From Amphiscolops sp. MND2022 (lineage: Eukaryota): a stretch of DNA of 64,000 nucleotides. The stretch spans positions 15,688,001-15,752,000 of the forward strand of contig OZ076409.1 in assembly GCA_964187785.1 (NCBI GenBank), given 5' to 3'. The notes beneath the pieces are model-generated. The model was not told where the DNA came from and did not search any database. It saw only the letters and a program-made list of their open reading frames with translations. Each line of letters begins with the position of its first letter. Positions within the stretch are counted from its first letter, which is position 1. This document shows, one piece after another, positions 41,056-52,300 of the stretch. The position numbers and the translations under genes are program-made.

Positions 41056-41166
41056 TCATTTGGTTTCCTCTTTGCGGAACATGAGGAAAAACTGCCTTCG
41101 AAAGTGACTGCTCGCCGTCACGTAGGAAAAGAAGTTCAAAGAGTTGTTCAAACACGCAAGAAACCC
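41056..41166 (-). CDS. Class A GPCR paralog 2, last exon
   Basis: Acceptor tttcag| then GFLACLNNSLNFFSYVTASSHFRRQFFLMFRKEETK*, homologous to 26978-27136. Confidence 0.8.
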   Translation of the reverse strand, partial: GFLACLNNSLNFFSYVTASSHFRRQFFLMFRKEETK

Positions 41167-41793
41167 CTGAAATTAAAACCTGAATGTAACGATCCCCCTT
41201 AGGCATAACCATAACATGTACCACATGTGTTTTGCCGAACTCTCACGCTTAACGCAGCCAGAATATAGCATGGACTTAACTATCTTATACTTCATAGTTC
41301 GAACTTTTGATTGTTCATCAAACTTTATTTCAACTGGGTATTACTACGCTCTGAAACAAGTCATAACTTGTAGTCGCTGCTACTTTTGAAACATTTTTCC
41401 TTGGTGAACCAATTAAATGCGACACGAAAACTGAAACTTCTTGTTTCTAGGGTAACATTATTCCAAAAGAATTTTCTATTCAGGTTTGTATTTGGCTGTT
41501 TTGTCTGCTTCTTCAAGTCTTTAAAATTTTAATCTTCGGTACTTTTTGAATTTTGTTGATTTTGTCGACTAAATCAGAAAAATTTCAATTGACTGATCAC
41601 AAAAAAACGATCAGTAAAATTTTCAGTTCAAATTTTCAGTCGGAATTTAGTAGTAGCGAATTTGATTGCAAAGTCGTTAAAATAAACATACATACCTCCA
41701 TAAAAAATTTCATGATCGAAGTATTTATTTTCGAGGCTTCCGTATGTGCAAGAACTGAAAATACTCATCTAGCGTTTAGGCAAAAATACTAAC

Positions 41794-42284
41794 TGCCAAA
41801 ACGTTTAAAACTCCAATGATGTGGTACTGGCGATACGTGTCGCTCTTGAAAACTGCAGTTGTCACCAGACAGCTTCCAATACCCAAATTCAAAACGAGGA
41901 AACATATTGTCGCAAACACCAGGGAAACTGTTATCTCCTTTTCTTGCCGACTTACAGCTCCTTTCAGTTTCTTCAATTTGAAAATTATCAAAATGTCGGA
42001 TACCGAAATGATGCAAAATGGCACACCAATTAGACCAACAAATATAATCCAGAATACATAGATATCTTTTTGTTTTTCGGTAAGTATTCCACTACTAGCC
42101 ACGAAACAGTCATCGTTGAGAATTTCATACATGGTTAGTACAGGAAAGCACATTATGATACCGAAGCATTGCAGAGCTAGTGTTACCCAAACAGCTATGT
42201 TCGGTCTGCCGTATGTTTTATATTTGATAGGGATCCAAAGAGCAGCCACCCTGTCAAGTGACAGAAATGCCAGCACGTAGTTAG
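41794..42284 (-). CDS. GPCR paralog 2, middle exon, 491 bp
   Basis: Acceptor ttttcag| then (A)NYVLAFLSLDRVAALWIP...NVLA, donor |GTTAGT. Same length as the paralog 1 exon. ORF 41776-42276. Confidence 0.85.
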
Positions 42285-43232
42285 CTGAAAAAGAGCAAAG
42301 ATGAACTGGTTTGAGCTAATGACGGTATTAGATTCTTCTTAGACACCATTGAAATTACTCAAAGTTACTTTCGATAAAAAATCCCCTCATGAAATACCCA
42401 TTCAATCCGAGTTCTGCATCCGGAACCATAACAGTGACCGTTCCACGATTCGTACCAAGCTTTCAAGTATTTACAAGATGCGAAGGCGTCTAGAAGATCT
42501 TATTAATTTGAATAATTTATGCAACTTAATTGTCATGCTACAATTATCAGAGAAATCTTAACGGCATTCCGTAATACGAATGGTAGTCTGAGATCCATGA
42601 TTAATCACAATTTTACTACCATACTGTAATAAATGAATTGGACCTCTGATTGCAAAAAATGATTTGGACTCGATTAAAGGAGACCAAAATCTTCTGAACG
42701 AAAGAGTATTTTGGAAAACTGTAAAACTAAAAGTTTAACAAATTTTAACGTTGATTACAAACATTTTTGTCTGAAAATTCTGAGATCAATATACAAAAAC
42801 TTAGAAACTATGCATTTCACTACTAATTTCGTCTCTTACTTGATTTAGTTCAAATTTCGAAAGCCTTGAGCGTTGAAAAAAAATAGTTTTTAATCTTTCG
42901 GACGCTTTTTCAACAAAAGTATCCACTAAAATATTTTTGATTGCAGAACTTTGAAAAGAAACTTTCTTGAACAGGACATTTCAAACAAAGAAACTGAATG
43001 CAATGTATTAAGATAGGGCATAAAATTATTTTTGAAAGAACCCTTATATAATTACAGTTTTCTTCAAGTTTTCTGTAAACAAAACGTATTATCGTCATTA
43101 GTGGATGGATTAGTCTTTGTCAACATTACAAAATTGCAAAATTGCGTCTGTGATACGTCTAATTTTGCAAAAATTTGCTCCTAGATCAAAATTTAGTAGT
43201 AGATACAAGTTGCTGAAAAAGATAATACAAAG

Positions 43233-43967
43233 TGTAGCGATTACCTATCGAGTGCACGATTTCGAAAATTTCGATGAAAATTTCGTTCAAGGGACTATAT
43301 CTCCTCTACTAAAGAGTCATATTCCGCTAGACGGCAGCGTGTCTTTATTCAAGTACCTGCCCACAGAATTGAAGAGAATTTGAGCAAAAGACTCGAGAGA
43401 GACCCCAACCGAACAAGAAGATTGCAGAAAAATACGGCCACTGTCAAAAAAAAAGACTCAAATTCCTGCCAAAACGGACTGAACTTTATTCTAACCAGTG
43501 CTTTCTCCAGCGAAGCGTTACAAGACGCTGTGATTACCAAAATGAGTCAATTAGCTTGACCAAGCATCCGTGCTTGTGTCCCCGGCTAATTGCTGCCTCA
43601 AAAGTGCAAATTATGTAGTAATTTTCGTATTTTCTTGTTGTAACAGCTCGTGAGCTACTCATTTCGATCTCCTGTGTAACTTCGAAAAAACTTGATTTTT
43701 CCTTTCCACCACTTGCATTTTTTAAAGGCTGTCTAAGTGTTGGTTTCGAAGAAAAAGCGTAATGCGCACTACTGATAGCAATTACAGACTGGATCAGGCC
43801 GGCGAGCACTTCACAAGAAGCGGAATCCTCCTCTGACGGGACAGTTTTTACCCGAAAGAGGCAAAATGAGCTCATGGTCATGGGCGCCTGTCCCGGGCAA
43901 ATACCCATATCATGTGTTCCTCTAACTCTTATGGTTACGGCGACAATGGTGAGAGCTTGTCGTTACA
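43233..43967 (+). repeat. 5' LTR
   Basis: TG...CA termini with imperfect terminal inverted repeat (TGTAGCGA vs TGTAACGA). Matches 61728-62462. Confidence 0.95.
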
Positions 43968-43983
43968 TAGAGACATCATTTTT

Positions 43984-44000
43984 TGGCGACCACAGAGGGA
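43984..44000 (+). promoter_or_regulatory. Primer-binding site (tRNA-Arg-like)
   Basis: TGGCGACCACAGAGGGA resembles the complement of the metazoan tRNA-Arg(TCG) 3' end (TGGCGACCACGAAGGGA, recalled). Confidence 0.7.
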
Positions 44001-46358
44001 TCGCTTCGAAGTGCTTCCCTTAATGGTTTTAAAATAGCCGACCCTCTGGTGATTGACGCCAAGTACGACCCGACTCTGATGGAAAGAGGAGAGAAGCAGA
44101 GTTTTTCCATATTTTTACCCTGTGTGTGTTATTGAAGACTTCAACCCCGGTGGATAAAGGTAAATCTTGTAAAAAAGCGTTGTATGTTGTGATTTTCATG
44201 CTTTTTTAGTAGTTGACAGGTAACGATCGAAATAGCCTACCCTCTTAACGGGTCACTCATAAAATTGGTCTAGCAAGCCGCTGGGAGGCTGCTAGAAGTG
44301 TTAACAGGTGTTTTCTAGCCTTTTTCAGCTTTTTATGACCAATGAAGTGAGTGTTGAGAAGAGGATGATCCTTGCTCAGAGGAATCTTACAATCTGCCGA
44401 AACGAGTTATACGACTCACCGATCCCATTTCCCGTACAGGCAACCTAGAGAAATGAAATTTGGTGGAGACGTACTACAAATGCTGACGTGTCTAATGGTG
44501 CAACCTGTTTGTCTCTGGCTGTTCTGGGTGATGAGCAAAAAGAACGAGAAGACACGATTCGTCAGTCCGGGTTGTATGATATTTTTGAGTCAGGTTGAAA
44601 AAATTTTTTGAGTCGCTCAAAATTTTGTGTACGACCATTTGCCAATGTTTTTACGAGCCTTCTGCAACTAAGTGTGTGCTTTTGCACCTATTTTGTGCGA
44701 AAAAAGTGCGTTTTTCATGTATTTTCGACGAAAAGTGCCAAATTTGGCCATTTTGAGGCGAAACACCTACATGAGCGCGAGCGCTCTTGGTGCTAGCCAC
44801 GCACCTGCAGAAATTAAATAAAAGTAGCTCAGGACTCTAACGAGTTCGCAAAAAACGCGACGAAGTACTCAAAGTTGCCCGAGAAGGCACTTAGTATAAG
44901 TTTTGTGAGGAAAAAACCCCGTTTTTGAAAAACTGAACATTTTAGCACTTTGAACTTGTGGGGGAATTTGTGTGGAAGCTTTTAAACACCCCCGTATGGT
45001 TGCAATTAGGTTGGGGTACACCTGCCGGTACCCAACAATACCCATTTTGGTAATTATAACCACTACTTCTTAAAAAAAGTTACGAGAACTGTGATTTTGA
45101 AGTTTTTCTATAGTACTCTTAGAAGAAACCCAACTTGACTATTGACGAACACTTTTACGCTTAGAACAGCCCCAGGGCTATTGTTTTCAGTTTATTCGGT
45201 AAATTTAACGATCTACAGTAAAGACCGCATCCCAAAATTCCTTTTCAGTGCTGAGAAAAGTAGAAAAATGCACTGAAAAACCTCCATTTTCCTAAAATCC
45301 GGACTGTCTCTGAGCTAAGGTCGGGTCATTGATTCTTGGACCTTAGCCAAAAGGTGGTTGCACTTTCATAACCACCACTAAAAATAACGCTAGTGCCGAA
45401 AATTTGGTGGACGTAACTTTCACCAAAATCGAGAAAAGTTCTCTAACATTTCAACTTCAGAGGACTGTAAAACTGCCGAAATAATCTAAAACTGAAGGAC
45501 TGTCGGTGCCTTGTGTTTAACAGACACACCTAATCGAGGGTTTACCCTAGTGCTACGAGTAGTGGGGCAACACGTAGATCCCATTTTTTCAGCCCTACCA
45601 CTTTTTGAGGTGACCCTCTTAGCCAATTTGTAAAAAAAAAAGTAGTCCAAAATTGTTTTTCTTTATGAGTGTTGTCCAAGTAAGGTCGAAACATCAAATA
45701 AGCGTCCGCGCTTTCTTTTGATGGTTTCACCGGCATTGTACACACTCATCGGCTGTAACCACAAAGTTTCATGTCAATCCAACTGGTACTTGATGAGAAA
45801 ATAGAAAAAACGTACCACTCAAAAAGTTGGGCATAGAGGGTAATTTTTCAAATTTTTCCTGAGTGATCCGAGTACCTTAATTGAAAAACGAGGTTGAATT
45901 GCAGTTCATTTCTATCATTTGTACCAGATATTACGTTGTTTTGCAAATTTTGAGCCCGCTAGCTTTTTTCAATGGAGAATAATCTTGAAGTAAGCATGAA
46001 AATTGATGTATCTTGATGACTAAGGGTACCGAACGTCCAGATCAGCCTGAATCTTGAAATAAAAACCTTAGCTTAGACTTAATTTTGCTATCGTGTAGTA
46101 CACCTACCACAAGGTTAGGTGGCCAATTTTCAAGTGTTTCCGACGATTAGACGTTGCGTTCGAGGCATCTTAGTCATTTATAAAGAAATATAAAAAACTC
46201 AAAAATTGTCTAAAAACCCAATTGTTTGCGAATCAGCTATTCCGTAAGCCCCAAACGCACGGTTTCCGGCCCCACACCACGGTATCAACGCGCTGTGTAA
46301 GTTTCACGCCGGTACGACCCCTAGATCGATTTTTGACTTTTTCGAGACGTGCGAAGTC

Positions 46359-49300
46359 ATGAAGCCCAACAGTTTGCGTAACCTTTGGATTTCTATAACG
46401 AGAACATTAAGCCGCACGAACACCCAACGACGCTCTAATCATTCAAAAGGGGGGAGGAAGGACACCTCGCGATGCACTGAAGCATCAAAGACACCAGACC
46501 CAACGGGGTGCGAGACAAATCTCAGTGCGATATCAGACCTGACCTCAGACCCCAGGGAGGAAGATTGGCCAACTGATGACAGTTTCGTTATGGAACCCGA
46601 TTTTTCAGACCCTATGTCAGACGACGCATCGGAGAAGTATCAGGCCAAGCCAATCGCCAGGACTACCGATGATATCGGAGGTTCAGCCGACGAAACAGGA
46701 AGTCAGGCGCACACGTCCAAATGGTTACAAGAACTCACTAAAGTAGCCGTCACACCTTTTGGTACTGACGAAGCAGGAACATGGCCCAATTCCAACAGGA
46801 CAAACGCTGAAGAGGAAGCTGAAATGAGTTGCTTGAATGCCACTGGACAACTCAAAGCTCCCAGCATGGCCAGCGAGAGCACTGCAAACACGGCAGAGAT
46901 ATTGCAACAAATGTCTTATGTCGGGGGTATGAATTATGCCAGGGCACGTCTTCAAGAAGCTACGGCCCCCCGAGCATCTGGGAAGGGTAAGCAAGTACGG
47001 CCTCCAGCCTTACTAGCACAGACCGGCACTACGGGACCTCATGGCGACTCGCGCTCATCCTCACCTTCATCAAAAGCTGCATCTGCCCGATCCTCAGCAT
47101 ATCGAGCCGTACATGAAGCAGCGAAAGCGCGCAAAGCTCTGTTAGATGCCCAGATAGGCGTGAAGCAAGCTGCTTCACAACTGTCTGAGCGTAAAGCAAG
47201 GTGCGATAGAGAGCATCAGTCAATAATGGAGGAGATAGAAGCCGTACAAACTGAACTGCGAACATCAACTGAGCGACAAGCGCAAGGACATGAAATTCAG
47301 GCAGCCCGAATGGATGCCGTGGGTTATCGAATGGCTGAAATAAAGGACATGGTGACCGAAAGAGAGGTGCGCATGGAAGCTCAACTGCAAGAGGTATGTT
47401 CACAGATACAAGCAATGGGCACTATGTTGAAGAATATCCAACCTCAACCCGCACCAGTAAGCAACACTATCAAAGAATTGCTGCAAGACACTGATATATC
47501 ACTGCCAAAACCCATGAAAAGCGTCTCCCTCAAACCAAAAGAGAGTGTGACGATTTCAACAAACCCATCTGGCTCTAAACAACACTTGGCCAGGTACGCG
47601 CCCTTGCCACAAACTCTGGTCTCAAATGGAGAAGCTGCGTCAACATCGACGAAATTTATCCCATCCGCGGTATCAACAAAAAATGTTCCACCCACGACCA
47701 AAACTCACAAGAAAGAACCAACGTGCGAGGTGATAACTATCGACACTTCAAGCATGGGTATCAGCGACCTGCGAGAGCCCACACGCACAAACGTGCTAAC
47801 CGAAGTCACTAGCACCTTCCAAACAGCAAATGCAACTTTGGGAGAATCAGCAGCAGAATTCCAAACCGCGAACGACGAATTACCCCCGGGCAACCCATGC
47901 GCCAGCAGCACTCGACGCCGAGAAGTGACTCTCCCCGAGAACACCGATGACTCTGTCAACTCAACGCGAGGCAGCAGTATCCCGCCACCAGCCATCAGTG
48001 AAGAAGCGCCTATATCACCGGAGCAACTCAGGTTTACCGAGGCAATATCCAAAGCCATGTCCAAGGAACTGGCGCCGCTGATTGCTAATCGAGATCAAAC
48101 TAGGGTGCGCCCTACGATATACAAAGGCACTAAAGATGGTTCTGTCGATGGATGGCTCCCAGTGATGAAGCGATTTCTAGAAAGGGTACATGCAAAATCC
48201 CCAAAGATCGACAGAGCCTGGGCTATCATCGATCACCTGGAAGGAGAGGCAAGAAATTATATAATCAACAAATCTGAACCTGAACGTGACGAGCCCGACA
48301 AGGTATTCTCTCTCTTGGCCAGCAGATTTGGAACCGGTGGAAATCGCATGCACGTCAGGCAAACCTTCATGTCTCGTGTCCAACAGGAAAAAGAGGATTG
48401 GATGCAATTCTTGGACGCATTAGAAGGTCTGCGCACCCAAGGTTTCCCAGACGAGCCTATCACTACGCGTCGTTATGAAATCCTGCAACGTTTTATAGAT
48501 GGTATAAATGACCCGACGCTGCGACGAGAGTTGGCCGTGGTGTACGCTGCAGAGTCATATCTGACCGAGCCACCAACTGTAGAATCCCTAAGGTTCACCA
48601 CGAGACAATTACAACGGCATCGCCCAAACGCGTCAAAACCTTACGACCCAAGGTATGCAATGAGATCGAGGCCTCACCCTTTCGTGCCAGGAAAATTGGT
48701 TCATCCAGCACCAGGCCTACCGCAAAACGTACTACCTCCAAACCAAGGACAACGAGAGGCTAAACCCCAAATGGCTCCACCAGGCCCTGCATCGGTAAAA
48801 CAGGCTCCTGCACAACAGCAACCAGCGAGAGTGATTCCCCAAGGAGCATGCTTCAACTGTGGACTACCAGGTCACTTTGCAAGGGAATGCCCAAGTCGAG
48901 ACCTAGCAAGGAAACCAGCGGCTCGCGCTGCACCCGAAGAGCGAGTAAACTTATGCGAGAATAATGTGGCCTCTGCATGTTCTGGCCCCGTATTCTGTGT
49001 AAATTGTGGCATGACCGAACACTCTGCATCACAGTGCCAAAATGTTCCAGTACATGAGGATTTGGCCTACAGCCTCTGGGCTGAACAGCCATCTGCTTCT
49101 CAAACAATGAGTGACAGCGAAATGGTACTCATGCTTCGCCCTGCTGAAGCCGCTCACGTGACGACGCCCCTTACCGTCACATGTGGCAAAATCCAAATCC
49201 AGACGAACCCGGAGCCAACTACTTTTGATCCCTCGGGACGCACTATCATGTCTGTCCGATTACTATTGGCGATTGAGAGAGAAACCCGCCCAGAACTCAC

Positions 49301-52300
49301 CATAGACGCTCTGATAGACGAGATAACCGCAAACAAGAATTGCCGACAATTGACCCTGCCCCAACCGGAAGAATGGCAGGTAAAAGGCGTCACTTCGACG
49401 TATCATGCCTATTCTCCGATTCCAGTCAAAGTTTGCATAGATGGTGTTGACATGCGTTTTGGTGCCACTATCATTACTGACGCGTTTCCTCCTGGAATCT
49501 GCTTGGGACCGCAGGAGCTGCGCTGCTATAACATTGATGCTCAAGAACCAACTGGTGAAGCGAGAATCGATGAGCGTGCGTCGCTCGTAGTTTCATTCGT
49601 GGTTCCCGATGCTGCTCCCGTGCCATTACGTGGTCTGATAGACACTGGATCAGGAGTGTCCATCCTCACCTTCTCAGCCTACAATCGAGTCGCCGTGCGC
49701 ACTGGGACACTCTTACGACCTTATGGTATTGACTTATATGCCGCGAATGGGAAGACGATCAAAACTTTTGGTCTAGCGGAGAAAGTCAAATTCCAATTGG
49801 GAGGCTACGAATTGGAAACTAACTTCGTGGTAGTCGATGACGCCATGGGAGTGGAAGACTTCCTCCTGGGCAGAAACTTCCTAAGAGCTTATCAAGTCTT
49901 AGTGGATTTAACCGCGATGAAGGTCATTGTCCGAGCTCCGTCTGAACCAGTGTGGTACCATGCCCACACACAAGTAAGTAACGAATCACTCAATTCGTCG
50001 GTAGCGATTGCACAGGACGTAGTGTTGCAACCTTTTGAACGCGCAATACTACGCGCTAAATTGCTTGTAGACAACTTAGAACCTTTCATGTTTCGGACCG
50101 TGCTAATCAATTTTCAAACACCTAACCGAATGTTAAAAAACGCCATCTTTTTAGAGGACACCGTGGCGACCGTGGGGGAGACTGGCTTCCTTTACGTCAG
50201 TTTAGGAAATCTTACCAGCAACGTGCAGCGGATTAAAAAGGGCACCCTTTTAGGAACCGCGGTACCTGTAACGATGGTTCATAAAGCCATCCCCCAAATT
50301 GTCCCCGGACAATCAAGTGAAACTCAGCAGTCAAATGCAAATTATGTTTGTAAAGTTTACGAACAGATGAACCTTGATTCTTCTTCTGAATATAGTTCTT
50401 CATCTGAATTTGAGTTTTTGTCCTCTACCGAACCGTCAGAACTAGGCTTGTCCGAGCGCGAAGTAAAAAGACGAACCGATCCGGCGTTAATGGCTCCGAT
50501 ACCGGGCCCGGAAGCACAACTCGACGAGGTGCGCGGTTTGTGGGGATCGACCGCCAGCGACACGCTTAGTAAACTTTTGAACGAATTTGATGATTTGTTT
50601 ATGAAATTCAAAGCCGACATTGGCAAGTGTAAAATCGCTAAGCACCCGGTGGAAGTAGAGCCAGGGGCTGTACCCCACCGCGAAGGTGCAAGACGAATGT
50701 CGCCTGACAAGGCAGAACGTGCTAACCAAGAAGTTCGTGACTTGCTAGCTTTGGGAATGATACAACCTTCCTTATCCCCTTGGGCGAGTGGAATTGTTAT
50801 GGTCAAAAAGAAGAGTGGTGAATTGCGATTCTGTTGTGATTTTCGGCCACTTAATGAAGTGACCATCAAAGACGCTTATCCCTTGCCACGCATCGATGAA
50901 AGTCTATCCCGATTGGGCAAGGCCAAAATCTATACTAGTATTGACTTGGCATGGGCATTCTGGCAAATTCCTGTCCGAAAAGCCGATCGTCAAAAGACTG
51001 CCTTCGCTTGTGAACTTGGGTTATTTGAGTGGCGGCGTATGCCTTTTGGTATGTGTAACGCATCAGCAACATTTCAACGGGCAATAGCGCGAGCGCTACA
51101 AAGAATAGTGAACCGTGAAGGAAGTATGGTTATGGCCTACATCGATGACATTGTGATTGCTACCGAGACCATCGAGGATCACATGGATAGACTACGCGAA
51201 GTATTCCAATGCCTGCGTGAGGCCGGGTTCAAAATGAGAGTCTCCAAGTGTGACTTCATGAAATCGGAGATCAAATATTTGGGCCGGGTCGTATCCGCAG
51301 ATGGTATCAAGCCAGATCCAAAAGCTGTCACCAAGCTGAAAGAATGGGATATCCCGCGAACCAAGACTGAATTGCAGAGTTTCTTGGGTTTTGCCAACTA
51401 CTATCGGGATTTTATCCCGTGGCATGCAAAACTAGTTGCCCCTTTACACGCGATAACGGGAGGAGCCTCTTCATTTTTATGGGGGGAGGAGCAGCAGCGA
51501 GCCTTCAACAGCATCAAAGTGGCACTAATGGAAGCCACTGCTCTGGCGCAACCCGACACTGAAGGCGAATTTGTTCTCGACACAGATGCTAGTGGTGTAG
51601 CTATATCGGGTATTCTGCACCAATGGCAAGGACCACCTGAGAGTCGCAAACTGCGACCGATTGTATTCGGAAGCAAAAAATTAACTGCTACGCAAGCAAA
51701 GTATGGAGCCCCAAAATTGGAAATGTATGCTGCATACTATTTCATCTTGAAAAACCACAGTTATCTCTGTCCACGAAAGTTCACACTGAGGGTAGATAAT
51801 CAGGCCCTATCCTGGCTAAAAACATATTCGATGGATCAGGCGATTATCGGTCGATGGATTATGGCTCTTGAAAAATATCACTTCAGTATTGAGCACCGAC
51901 CCAGAACGCAACATCGAAATGCTGACGGTCTTAGCAAACGAACAAATGATTACAAAAAACACGAAAAGCAACTAAAGGGTTTACCCGCAATTGCAGACAA
52001 ATGGGATTTCCTATCACAGGAGGAATATAACAAACTCCCGCTAGCCCCATGGTTCGATGTCCACGGACGTGTGATACCAAATCACCCAGAATTGCCTGCA
52101 CACTTGCAGAGGTTGGGTAGCCAAAGTTCACCCGAGACCACAGTTGCCGTTCCCACGCGAAGGAGCGGACGAAGCAAACGAAATGCGACCATACGCGACG
52201 AAGCCATGAGAGCGCCCCTACCTACATTGCCAAAACCAGAATTGACACTGCCTGCCGAACTTTATCCAGAATATCCTGAGGATTGGTTGGAACTGACCGA

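Noticed and set aside
43349..43908. Minus-strand ORFs in the LTRs (also 61844-62403 and 33277-33477)
   Set aside because: They recur only because the LTR is repeated, and have no protein-like motifs.
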